The position numbers and the translations under genes are program-made. A stretch of DNA of 64,000 bases from Candidatus Yanofskybacteria bacterium RIFCSPLOWO2_01_FULL_39_28 (GTDB lineage: Bacteria; Patescibacteriota; Minisyncoccia; 2-02-FULL-40-12; GWA2-44-9), in NCBI GenBank assembly GCA_001794635.1, contig MGKE01000006.1:7100-71099 (forward strand), written 5' to 3'. This document shows positions 18,137 through 26,903 of this stretch, one piece after another (the stretch's first letter is position 1; every line of letters begins with the position of its first letter). A model generated the notes under the pieces. It saw only the letters and a list, made by a program, of their open reading frames with translations, was not told the origin of the DNA and ran no database searches.

Positions 18137-18167
18137 TAAAAACCTGCACTTCCTTACAGGTTTCTTA
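18137..18167. terminator. bidirectional terminator
   Basis: AAACCTG (18140-18146) pairs with CAGGTTT (18157-18163). Flanked by A-run and T-run, between convergent genes. Confidence 0.55.
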
Positions 18168-18185
18168 ATTAGATTTTAATTTTTC

Positions 18186-19229
18186 TTAACCACTGACTTT
18201 TTCTATTATAAGACCCCCTTGCATACTCTGTCGATAGAAATTTGAACTTGGTATGATATTGATTTTTCCCGCCTCCTGAAGAACTTCTAAATCGGCCATA
18301 ACTTTTCTTACTAAAACCTTCATAGCTTCATAGTTTGAATTAGCGCCAGGAACCTGTTCCGAAAAATAAGCCCTTGATTCAGGTGAGGAGTCGATCCTAT
18401 CAAATGAGAAATGAAGATCGGCATATCCCCCATTTGCTAGCGCCTTAACAACATTCAATAAGGCCTTATGTTGAAATAGAAAATATCTAAAGGCCATATT
18501 CGAAACTATCAGATGAAACTTCCCTTCAAACTCTAAGGGCATTCTTTCGGCAACAATATAGTGAAAATGATCAGCGTTAAACATTGCCGGTTCTGGTTCC
18601 ATGGTAATACCATGCGTCTCTATATCCGGATCCAGTTCCTTCATATCTTGGAGAGCTTTTCCCATACCGCAACCAGTATCTAAAACTACCAGTTTGGTTA
18701 CTCTTGTTCTTTGCCTCAATTTTTCCAACAGTCCCCTAAATCCCTTTTCGTCACCGAAGTATGCGTCTGAACCCAGCAGATCTCTGTTACCATAGCGGGT
18801 TAGTCCGTTACCAAATCTTGGCATAACTAATCGTTTTTTGTGCCAGATATTTGGGTTAAAAAGCAACTCCACTTTTTGTTTAGGAGACAACGGGTACGGC
18901 GCTTCTTTTCTGCGGGACCAATTTTTCCAATCTTTTTCGCCGCCGTTTATATAAAAGGTTTCTCCGTCATAGAATACTTGTCCACACAAACCTTCTAGGT
19001 TCTCATGGTTTAGCCTGTCATTGAGTTTCTTTACGACAAGTACTAGTAATAACTGTTCTTCCCTTTCGTTCAGAGGCGTTAAGGAAACAAAACCAAAATG
19101 ATTTTTCATGGCAATTTGTTTAATTTCAGTTGGAGATAACGTAAGAAATTTACCAGACATGATTCCGTCAATGAAATGAGAATACACGAACCGTTCTTCT
19201 TTTGAGTTTTGTCCTGGGTTGTCAGGCAC
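18186..19229 (-). CDS. class I SAM-dependent methyltransferase with unknown N-terminal domain
   Basis: Motif I VVLDTGCGMGKA in the C-terminal half. GTG start; 347 aa. Confidence 0.6.
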   Translation of the reverse strand: MPDNPGQNSKEERFVYSHFIDGIMSGKFLTLSPTEIKQIAMKNHFGFVSLTPLNEREEQLLLVLVVKKLNDRLNHENLEGLCGQVFYDGETFYINGGEKDWKNWSRRKEAPYPLSPKQKVELLFNPNIWHKKRLVMPRFGNGLTRYGNRDLLGSDAYFGDEKGFRGLLEKLRQRTRVTKLVVLDTGCGMGKALQDMKELDPDIETHGITMEPEPAMFNADHFHYIVAERMPLEFEGKFHLIVSNMAFRYFLFQHKALLNVVKALANGGYADLHFSFDRIDSSPESRAYFSEQVPGANSNYEAMKVLVRKVMADLEVLQEAGKINIIPSSNFYRQSMQGGLIIEKVSG

Positions 19230-19337
19230 AATAGCCCTTCCCGCGACTTAAATTTTTAAGGAGTATACTATTATAAGATATATTGTTACATGGGTCAAGT
19301 TGTTAAAGATTAATCTGCGCTTTACAATTATATAATA

Positions 19338-20024
19338 ATGCCCCGACTAATTTTCGATATTGAAACAATCGGTGTTGATTTTGATTCTTTGGATGAAAAG
19401 TCTAAAGAATTTATTTTGGAATTCGCCAAATCACCGGAAGAAGAAGAACGAAAGAAAGAAGAACTATGCTTTTCCCCCCTTACGGGGGAAGTGGTAGCAA
19501 TTGGAATTTTGAATCCCGATACTGATAAGGGTGCAGTTTATTTTCGTGACCCTATGGGCAAATTAGAAAAACACTCTGAAAAAGATATTCAATATACTCC
19601 TTGCATATCAGAAAAAGAGATTTTGAAAGAATTTTGGGAAACCGCTCAGCTCTATGACCAGTTCATTACTTTCAGTGGCCATAATTTTGACTGCCCCTAC
19701 TTAACAATCCGTTCAGCAATAAATAAAATAAAGCCGACAAGAAAATTAATGGGCTACAGATTTACTAAAGCCCAGGATTTGCATATTGACCTGTACGACC
19801 AACTTACAAATTTCGGCGCCATAAGAGAAGGAAGAAGAAATTTACATATGTGGTGCCAAGCTTTTAGCATTAAAAGTCCAAAGGATGATGGTGTTACTGG
19901 TGATAATATCGGCCAGCTTTTTAAAGATAAAAAATATTTAAACATTGCCCGATACTGCGCCGGCGATCTGTGGGCAACAAAAGATTTATATGAATATTGG
20001 AATAAATACATCAATATCAAGTAA
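19338..20024 (+). CDS. DEDD-type 3'-5' exonuclease (PolB-exonuclease-like)
   Basis: Exo motifs FDIET, HNFDCPYL and YCAGDLWATKDLY; 228 aa. Confidence 0.65.
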   Translation: MPRLIFDIETIGVDFDSLDEKSKEFILEFAKSPEEEERKKEELCFSPLTGEVVAIGILNPDTDKGAVYFRDPMGKLEKHSEKDIQYTPCISEKEILKEFWETAQLYDQFITFSGHNFDCPYLTIRSAINKIKPTRKLMGYRFTKAQDLHIDLYDQLTNFGAIREGRRNLHMWCQAFSIKSPKDDGVTGDNIGQLFKDKKYLNIARYCAGDLWATKDLYEYWNKYINIK

Positions 20025-20124
20025 AATTTGATATTGAATTAAAAATGTAAAAATCAAAATTAAAAATTTTAAGATTTTAGATTGTAATTTTAAATTTTTA
20101 CTTTTAACTTTTAAATTAACTCCC

Positions 20125-20871
20125 ATGAGTCAGTGGTATAAAAACGCACAATCATTTAAAGATGCCAACGGTTATGAAATAGACGGGATTTGGTATCCAA
20201 GAGTTACTGCTATTGTTGGAATCAAAGCCAAACCGGCTTTATATATGTATTATGCTGGTCTGCCAGATTTTAAAACCGGTGAAGCCATAAAAGCCAAGTC
20301 AGCTGAAGAAGGCACGCTTTTACATGAGACGATAGAAGCTATCCTTCGCCATGATCCGGTTGTTATTCCGGAATCAATCAAGCCAGCAGTTGCTGCTTTC
20401 ATGGATTTTTATACCAACAATAAAGTAGTTGCTCATAAAATAGAAGAGCGTGTGATTTCAAAGAAACATCATTTTGCCGGTACGATGGATGTTTTAGCTG
20501 ATGTAAATGGCAAATTAGGTGTCCTGGATATCAAAACCTCAATAGCTATCTATCGTGACTATTCCATGCAAACCTCGGCTTATATTGAAGCCTTGAGAGA
20601 AGATCCAAATATGCCCGAATTAACTCGTTGGATATTGAGAATTGATCAATCAAAACCATGCTTCAAATGTCCCGCTACCCTTCGTGATAAAGGTGGACGT
20701 GAAAAAATCCGCAATGATAAAGGTAAGTGCCAGCATGAGTGGGGTCCAATGAAAGGAGAGGTTGAAATAAAAGAAATAACAACTTTTGCAGAAGATATAA
20801 AAGCCTTTCTGGCCTGCAAAGATCTCTGGAGTTGGGAGAATGAATTCTGGCTCAAAAAGATTTATAGATAA
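20125..20871 (+). CDS. PD-(D/E)XK nuclease (RecB/Cas4-like fold)
   Basis: GTMDVL..LGVLDIKTS (D..D-x-K) followed by QTSAYIEAL (QxxxY). C-terminal Cys cluster CFKC..C. Confidence 0.65.
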   Translation: MSQWYKNAQSFKDANGYEIDGIWYPRVTAIVGIKAKPALYMYYAGLPDFKTGEAIKAKSAEEGTLLHETIEAILRHDPVVIPESIKPAVAAFMDFYTNNKVVAHKIEERVISKKHHFAGTMDVLADVNGKLGVLDIKTSIAIYRDYSMQTSAYIEALREDPNMPELTRWILRIDQSKPCFKCPATLRDKGGREKIRNDKGKCQHEWGPMKGEVEIKEITTFAEDIKAFLACKDLWSWENEFWLKKIYR

Positions 20872-20886
20872 TTGTATTTCCCGCTC

Positions 20887-21132
20887 TCACCCCGCCTCAT
20901 CTTCATCAAAGGACTGCGCCTCATAGGGTCATTATAGTCGTTCGGACTCATTTTCTCTGACCAATGAATGGGGGTTACCCCCGACCTGGCCAATGCGGTC
21001 TGCCAAAATCCAGACCGAGCCAGGTCACCCCCCATTAGGGTTCCCAGGAAAATATCGTCCTCACTCCTTAATGACCAACTATTCGTTTCATTGATTCAGA
21101 TGAGGCGGGGTTGCGCGGGAAATAAAAAAAGT
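20887..21132. repeat. GC-rich branched imperfect palindrome (element B)
   Basis: Termini tttcccgc..accccgcctcatct pair with agatgaggcggggt..gcgggaaa. Long imperfect arms. Central hairpins GGGGG-TTA-CCCCC, GACCTGGC/GCCAGGTC and GGTCTG/CAGACC. GC is 39/60 for 20981-21040. Confidence 0.6.
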
Positions 21133-21154
21133 ACGAGGAGGTTATCGCACTAAG

Positions 21155-21565
21155 TTAGTCTCTGATTCTTTTAGCTCCCGGCCAAGGGTCATTATTTTCC
21201 ATCGGATGGTTAAACCACAGACGTGCACTGCACACATCACACATATGAGCAGCACAGGCAAGTGGGCCCATGACCCGATGACGATTTGAGTAGTCGTTTA
21301 ATTCACCCTCGGCATACTTCATGCCGTTTTCCTGTTCAGGAGTAAAGACAATGCCGTATGATTTCAGTTTAGCCATTCGGAATTGTTGATGGCCTTCCTT
21401 GGTTTGCATTGATGGCTTGTAGTATAGTTGGCCATCTTCTCTAAGTTCGTACTTCCACGGTTTTTCAATATCGTGGAAATAAACAACCAGAAGTAGGTCT
21501 GATAAAGAAAAAGGCAAAGGACGTATAGAGCTCAATTGGTCATACAACAGAACAGCGATATTCAT
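21155..21565 (-). CDS. HD-domain phosphohydrolase-like protein, apparently 5'-truncated
   Basis: Contains VVYFHDIEKP (the HD dyad). The in-frame sequence just upstream of the first ATG reads WPSGYFDHVQEI (expected first His) but follows a TAG with no start codon. Confidence 0.5.
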   Translation of the reverse strand: MNIAVLLYDQLSSIRPLPFSLSDLLLVVYFHDIEKPWKYELREDGQLYYKPSMQTKEGHQQFRMAKLKSYGIVFTPEQENGMKYAEGELNDYSNRHRVMGPLACAAHMCDVCSARLWFNHPMENNDPWPGAKRIRD

Positions 21566-21713
21566 TATCTCTTGAACATGATCAAAGTATCCGCTTGGCC
21601 AGTTCTAATGGTTATTGGTTGAACCTTGAACTGTCTGAAAAAGTTTACAGTTATCGGACAAGATTTTCTTACAAAAAGCGCCGTACCCCCGTGGGTCGTG
21701 CGCTCGTACTGGA

Positions 21714-22250
21714 CTATGCCAGTAGATCTTGACTGTATTTTGACACTTCTACTTGGGTGAGGCCAATATCAATTGCCGACAAATTGCCCTCACGCATTTC
21801 GGTGAATAGACGTTCCTTGAACCCCTTAAGATGAATATCACTTTCGCGGCCTTCGCGTATGACTGTGGTGTAGAATTTTGCGCTAGCTTTGCACCCTTTA
21901 ATTCGAAGCTTTTGGAGCTCTACTTCGTTGGTGCCGATTTGGGCAAGAGTGAGACCTCCGGCCTCGATGGCCATCCCCAGATTGTCAAAGCCGACTCTGT
22001 AAGATGCTGACACATTACGGATGAATTCCAGCCACGCCTGAGCGCTGGCCAAGTTGTAGATGAACAGAAATTTATCAATCTCATTCTGGCTAGTGCCGAT
22101 TTGAACCAACAGTGATGGCCCCAACAGATCAAGAGCCTTGTCTATCATCCCGAGGTTTATTTGAAAACTAACTTCGTTTATGCGCAGATTGTTGAGCGCC
22201 TCTTTGGCGATCTCGCTCGCTCTCTGTTCATCCCACCTCAGGAAACTCAT
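21714..22250 (-). CDS. hypothetical protein with three internal repeats
   Basis: Start set at ATG 22250 behind AGAGGTG. Three modules of about 55 aa end in IGTSQNEIDKF / IGTNEVELQKL / IGLTQVEVSKY. Confidence 0.5.
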   Translation of the reverse strand: MSFLRWDEQRASEIAKEALNNLRINEVSFQINLGMIDKALDLLGPSLLVQIGTSQNEIDKFLFIYNLASAQAWLEFIRNVSASYRVGFDNLGMAIEAGGLTLAQIGTNEVELQKLRIKGCKASAKFYTTVIREGRESDIHLKGFKERLFTEMREGNLSAIDIGLTQVEVSKYSQDLLA

Positions 22251-22354
22251 GTGACACCTCTTTCTTTGATCTAAACGTGCTGGTAGAATTATAACACATG
22301 TACAGATATAGGTCAACAATTCGTAAGTAAGGAATATACCGCCTTCGGCTGTGT

Positions 22355-24154
22355 TCAGGATGAACGAGAATCCCTTACTCGTTCATTTTCGGTGAGGTAC
22401 TTTTTTCTCAAACGGGTGTTTTTGGGAGTTACTTCTAGATATTCATCTTCGGCCATGATTTCTAATCCCCTCTCCAGGGTTATTTCATAATGAGGAGCGA
22501 GAAGAATGTTTTCGTCAGAACCAGAGGCTCGCATGTTGGTAAGTTTTTTCCCCTTGATTGGATTAACAGTCATATCGTGTCCTTTAGAGACATCGCCAAT
22601 AACCATGCCTTCGTAAACTTCAGTATTTGGGGCAATATAAAGCGTTCCCCTGTCTTGAAGATTAAAAAGAGAATAACCGAGAGCTTTTCCGGTTTCCATT
22701 GAGATCATAGAACCAAGCTGCCTTCTTTTTATTTCTCCGACATGGGGCCTGAATTCAATAAAATGACTAGACAGGATTCCTTCGCCTTTTGTGTCAACCA
22801 TAAACTCATTTCTAAAGCCAAGCAGTCCACGAGTCGGTATCTCAAAAGTAAGCCTGACTTCTCCGTGATGCTGTTCCATCAGCATCATTTTGCCGGAACG
22901 TTTTCCTAGTTTTTGAATAACAACACCGGATAGATTTTCCGGAACATCAACGATAACCTCTTCGAAAGGTTCCATTTTAATTCCATCAACTTCTTTGGTT
23001 ATAACTTGAGGCTGTGAAACTTGCATTTCGTATCCTTCTCGCCTCATATTTTCGAGAAGAATAGCAATATGAAGTTCCCCTCGGCCATATATTTTAAAAT
23101 ACTCCGAAGACGAAAAATCAACTTTTAAACCGATATTAACCTCTAATTCTCTTTCTAGACGTTCTCTTAATTGTCGGCTAGTTACAAACTTGCCGTCTCT
23201 TCCGGCAAAAGGAGAATCATTCACTAAAAAATTAAGAGATATTGTCGGTTCATCAACTTTTATAGCCAAAAGTGGTTCTTGGTCAGAATTGGAACAAACT
23301 GTTTCTCCAATATAAATATCAGGCAAGCCAGCGATCATAACAATATCTCCTGATGTGGCTTCGTTTGTTTCTTTTCTTTCAGTTCCAAGGAAAGTAAATA
23401 ATTTTGTTATTTTGCCGGTTCTAGTTTCAATCTCTTTGGTCAGGTCGTTGATTTTCTTTATAAAAATATTATCCCCAGTTTTAATGGATCCTTCGTAAAT
23501 TCTGCCTATGCCAAGCCGTCCCAAATAATTATCATAAGCCAGGTTAAAAGGCTGAAATCTTAAGGGTAAAGAAATATCTGCTGGAGCGGCAGGAACTTCT
23601 TTAATAATTGTTTCCAGTAAAGGAGTAAGATCTTTTGAATCATCTAATAAATTTAGTTTAGCGATCCCTTCTCGGCCAATAGTATATATAGTTTTGAAAT
23701 CCAGTTGTTCGTTATCAGCGCCTAAATCCATAAATAACTCAAGAACCTTCTCATGTGTTTTATCTGGATCAGCGGCGGGCTTATCTATTTTATTAATAAT
23801 TACAATTGGTTTTAATCCTAGTTCCAAAGATTTTTTAAGAACGAATTTGGTTTGAGGCATCGGTCCCTCTTGAGCATCCACCACAAGAAGAACTGAATCA
23901 ATAGAACGAAGAACTCTTTCTACTTCAGAACCAAAATCAGCGTGGCCAGGAGTATCAACTATGTTTATTTTGGTATCTTTATAGAACAGGGAGGCATTCT
24001 TTGAATAAATAGTAATACCACGCTCTTGTTCAAGCGCGTTTACATCCATGCTAAAATCATCTCCGACCATGCCTGTTTGTTTCATCAAGGCATCAGTAAG
24101 GGTGGTTTTACCATGGTCCACGTGGGCTATAATTGCGATATTCCTAATTTCCAT
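22355..24154 (-). CDS. typA: translational GTPase TypA/BipA
   Basis: Start at ATG 24154 (MEIRNIAIIAHVDHGKTT). G-domain motifs and EF-G-like domains. Own TTGACT-17-TATTAT promoter at 24195-24223. Confidence 0.9.
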   Translation of the reverse strand: MEIRNIAIIAHVDHGKTTLTDALMKQTGMVGDDFSMDVNALEQERGITIYSKNASLFYKDTKINIVDTPGHADFGSEVERVLRSIDSVLLVVDAQEGPMPQTKFVLKKSLELGLKPIVIINKIDKPAADPDKTHEKVLELFMDLGADNEQLDFKTIYTIGREGIAKLNLLDDSKDLTPLLETIIKEVPAAPADISLPLRFQPFNLAYDNYLGRLGIGRIYEGSIKTGDNIFIKKINDLTKEIETRTGKITKLFTFLGTERKETNEATSGDIVMIAGLPDIYIGETVCSNSDQEPLLAIKVDEPTISLNFLVNDSPFAGRDGKFVTSRQLRERLERELEVNIGLKVDFSSSEYFKIYGRGELHIAILLENMRREGYEMQVSQPQVITKEVDGIKMEPFEEVIVDVPENLSGVVIQKLGKRSGKMMLMEQHHGEVRLTFEIPTRGLLGFRNEFMVDTKGEGILSSHFIEFRPHVGEIKRRQLGSMISMETGKALGYSLFNLQDRGTLYIAPNTEVYEGMVIGDVSKGHDMTVNPIKGKKLTNMRASGSDENILLAPHYEITLERGLEIMAEDEYLEVTPKNTRLRKKYLTENERVRDSRSS

Positions 24155-24225
24155 AAAAATAAAATAGGCCCCTTGGCCAAATAAACGTCTATTAATAATA
24201 CTATAAAATTTACCCAGAGTCAATT

Positions 24226-24624
24226 TTACTTAATACAATTCCCCGCTAGAGTATATCCAGCCGCTTCGGCTTCTTTGTCCGAATTAAACCAAAGCTTATT
24301 TTCTTCCTTAATTTTTGAGGCGCTGGCACACCAAGAATAATGATATTTTTTAGAAGTAGAGGTTTTAGAAACAACAACTCTAGTATCAAGTTTTTTGGTT
24401 TCGGTTTGATTTTTCCTCCCTCCTTGAGCTGACGAGTAAATATCCGCTTTTAAATCGGTGTTTATAGTTTTTAAATTTCCACTCTCCCCTACTTTAATCG
24501 GAGATTTTTCAAGGGCATTTATTTTACCCAGATTGAAGCTAATAAATGAAATGAGACCAAAACAAAGCACAAGAAATATAAGATATTGATAGGTCTTGAT
24601 TTTCTCTAGGAGTTTTGGTAGCAT
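24226..24624 (-). CDS. membrane-anchored protein with C-terminal Cys-containing 'sunset'-like domain
   Basis: N-terminal TM helix. C-terminus is KKYHYSWCASASKIKEENKLWFNSDKEAEAAGYTLAGNC. Confidence 0.5.
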   Translation of the reverse strand: MLPKLLEKIKTYQYLIFLVLCFGLISFISFNLGKINALEKSPIKVGESGNLKTINTDLKADIYSSAQGGRKNQTETKKLDTRVVVSKTSTSKKYHYSWCASASKIKEENKLWFNSDKEAEAAGYTLAGNCIK

Positions 24625-24740
24625 ATGTAAATTAAGTTAAAGGTTAAAATTAAAAAGTTAAAATTGCAAGTTAAAATCAGTAAATTTTAGATTTTGAATT
24701 GAAATTTTACATTTTACCTTTTAAATTTTTGAATTAGGTT

Positions 24741-25019
24741 ATGGCACATACAAAGGCAATCGGTTCTACGCAACTAGGACGCGATTCGCAACCAAAATAT
24801 CTGGGAGTCAAACTTCATGACGGCCAAACAGCAAAAATTGGCAATATTATCATACGCCAAAGAGGTTCCAAATACTTAACCGGTAAGGGTGTCCGTAAAG
24901 GTTCTGACGATACTATTTACGCCGTAGTTAACGGCAAGGTTAAATTTACTACCGTCAAAAAGAAAAAATTTGACGGCTCTAGGCGTCTAGTCAAGGTTGT
25001 TCATGTGGTTGTAAACTAA
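24741..25019 (+). CDS. rpmA: 50S ribosomal protein L27
   Basis: MAHTKAIGSTQLGRDSQPKYLGVK..IIIRQRG is typical of L27; 92 aa. Confidence 0.9.
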   Translation: MAHTKAIGSTQLGRDSQPKYLGVKLHDGQTAKIGNIIIRQRGSKYLTGKGVRKGSDDTIYAVVNGKVKFTTVKKKKFDGSRRLVKVVHVVVN

Positions 25020-25024
25020 AAATC

Positions 25025-25055
25025 AAAAAGTCCTGGAGAAATGCCAGGACTTTTT
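25025..25055. terminator. bidirectional terminator after rpmA
   Basis: GTCCTGG (25030-25036) pairs with CCAGGAC (25044-25050). Flanked by AAAAA and TTTTT. Confidence 0.7.
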
Positions 25056-25282
25056 GGTGTGGACCGAGGGGGAGTCAAACCCCTAGAGCAAGGTGGTAAT
25101 CCTACTCCCGAGAATCGCTCGGACTCGGCCCTCTTGTCCACGAAATAGATGTTATCAATAGTGAGCTTACCGAACCATCTAATTTACCGAGATGAAGGAA
25201 TTCCCGAAGGCTTCCCGAAGTTCCCGAGGATTATTTGTCTGGCTCGTAGCACCGGATGAGAAAATGATGTGGTAAGGTGAGC
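25047..25282. ncRNA. unclassified structured element, copy 2, with adjoining T-arm-like/ACCA end on the minus strand
   Basis: 25087-25282 is paralogous to 4332-4516. The minus-strand reading has three UUCG-looped mini-hairpins. It ends GGGGUUUGACUCCCCCUCGGUCCACACCA immediately before the terminator. Confidence 0.35.
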
Positions 25283-25305
25283 TAAATATGTTATTATAAT
25301 TAATC

Positions 25306-26043
25306 ATGGAAACAATCCTCAAGGTGGAAAATTTGGGAGTTAGATTTGGCGAGGACCAGGTTTTGAAGAACTTGGATTTTTCGGTTAATAAAGGTGATGT
25401 GTTGGCTATTGTTGGTCCCAATGGCGCCGGCAAATCGGTATTATTCAGAACACTCCTTGGCCTTCTCCCCTACTCCGGTAAATTTGAATGGGCCAAAGAT
25501 TTAAAGATAAGTTACATTCCCCAAAAATTAGCCATAGACCGCGAACTGCCATTAAGTGTCGGTGAATTTATTAAATTTAAACAAAAAGATAAGGCTAAAA
25601 TAATAAATATCTTAAAATCTGTAGGTATCGGGGCTGAACACCAAAACGATAACGAACATTATTTGCGACACATTGAACAACACGTTCTAAACCAGAGATT
25701 AGGTTGGCTTTCTGGTGGCCAAATTCAGAGAATTCTAATTGCTTGGGCTTTATTGGATAATCCTGACGTACTTTTATTTGATGAGCCAACTGCCGGTATA
25801 GATATTGGCGGAGAAGAAACAATATACAACCTTTTGAAAAAACTGCACACCGAATTAAATTTAACCATATTCCTAATATCTCACGATCTAAATATTGTTT
25901 ATAAATATGCCAATAATGTTTTGTGTGTCAACAAAGAAATGATTTGCTATGGTATTCCGGCAACCGTTCTTGATCCCAATTCACTGGTAAAACTTTACGG
26001 CGGTGAAGCTGGATTTTACCAACACGAAAATCATCATGGATAA
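25306..26043 (+). CDS. metal (Zn/Mn-type) ABC transporter ATP-binding protein
   Basis: Walker A GPNGAGKS, signature LSGGQIQR, Walker B LLLFDEP. Paired with an ABC-3 type permease. Confidence 0.85.
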   Translation: METILKVENLGVRFGEDQVLKNLDFSVNKGDVLAIVGPNGAGKSVLFRTLLGLLPYSGKFEWAKDLKISYIPQKLAIDRELPLSVGEFIKFKQKDKAKIINILKSVGIGAEHQNDNEHYLRHIEQHVLNQRLGWLSGGQIQRILIAWALLDNPDVLLFDEPTAGIDIGGEETIYNLLKKLHTELNLTIFLISHDLNIVYKYANNVLCVNKEMICYGIPATVLDPNSLVKLYGGEAGFYQHENHHG

Positions 26044-26803
26044 TTCATTTATACTACAATTAGCAACCGGCACTTTAGTTGGTCTTGGTGCTGGCTATGT
26101 TGGTTCTTTTATGGTTTTGCGGCGAATGTCTCTCGTCGGTGATGCTTTGTCACATGTTGCCTTGCCAGGTATTGCTGTCTCACTCTTACTCAACATAAAC
26201 CCATTTTTCGGCGCTTTTGCCGCATTGCTTTTGGTAACAATCCTAATTTGGCTTCTTGAAAGAAAGACTGAAATCCCATCTGAAACTTTGGTTGGTATCA
26301 TGTTTACTTTGAGCTTGACCTTGGGTCTTCTTTTAACTCCAGAACCGGAACTTTTAGAAGCTTTGTTTGGTGATATAACTCAAATTCAATACCTTGATTT
26401 TATTATTACTCTTGTTTCCGTTATAGCTATTTTTATAGTAATGAAAAAAATATCCGAAAAATTAATGCTCGGCATTGTTTCCAAAGAAATGGCTCAAGCC
26501 AACAAAATACCAATTAATAAAATTAACTTTGTATTTTTGTTTCTGGTCGCAGTTATTGTAGCTCTTGGTTTGAAAGTTGTTGGGACGCTTCTGATGGGCG
26601 CTCTGGTTATTATCCCGGCTGCTACAGCTAAAAATACATCGGTGAACTTATCTCAATACACCAAACTATCAATGGTTTTTGGTGTTCTATCGGCTTTCCT
26701 AGGCCTCCTTGCCGCCACTTATATCGGCATCACCCCCGGTCCCACAATTGTTCTCACCGCCGGAATCATCTTCATGGTGACACTTTTCTTTAAACGGAAA
26801 TAA
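26036..26803 (+). CDS. metal ABC transporter permease (ABC-3 family)
   Basis: ATG 26036 overlaps the upstream stop (ATGGATAA). About 8 TM segments. No substrate-binding protein gene is adjacent. Confidence 0.8.
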   Translation: MDNSFILQLATGTLVGLGAGYVGSFMVLRRMSLVGDALSHVALPGIAVSLLLNINPFFGAFAALLLVTILIWLLERKTEIPSETLVGIMFTLSLTLGLLLTPEPELLEALFGDITQIQYLDFIITLVSVIAIFIVMKKISEKLMLGIVSKEMAQANKIPINKINFVFLFLVAVIVALGLKVVGTLLMGALVIIPAATAKNTSVNLSQYTKLSMVFGVLSAFLGLLAATYIGITPGPTIVLTAGIIFMVTLFFKRK

Positions 26804-26903
26804 CCGCTTAACACTCCCCCCCCTCTTCATCCACTTCACCCTTATTTTATGAGGGATTTTTCAAAGTCAGTCCCGCGTAAATTAATGTAGGTAGTCTAGT
26901 ATT

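Noticed and set aside
20968-21153. 61-aa ORF inside element B.
   Set aside because: It lies entirely within a palindromic non-coding-looking element. It has no SD, and its Arg/Pro/Ser-rich product is typical of chance frames in GC-rich DNA.
25047-25140. tmRNA (ssrA) or a tRNA gene, suggested by a T-arm-like GGGGUUUGACUCCCC followed by GGUCCACACCA on the minus strand next to a terminator.
   Set aside because: The candidate acceptor (GUGGAC/GUCCAC) has no G3:U70 pair. No D-arm or anticodon arm can be drawn. The alternative pairing GAGGG/CCCUC competes with the T stem. No frame gives a plausible tag ending in hydrophobic residues. The space available before the ABC gene (about 250 nt) is short for a tmRNA. 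It is kept only as part of the unclassified element.
4332-25282. The two roughly 190-nt direct copies as attL/attR of a 21-kb integrated island.
   Set aside because: The intervening DNA is core housekeeping (fmt, def, priA, gltX, typA, rpmA). No integrase is present, and the copies are only partly identical.
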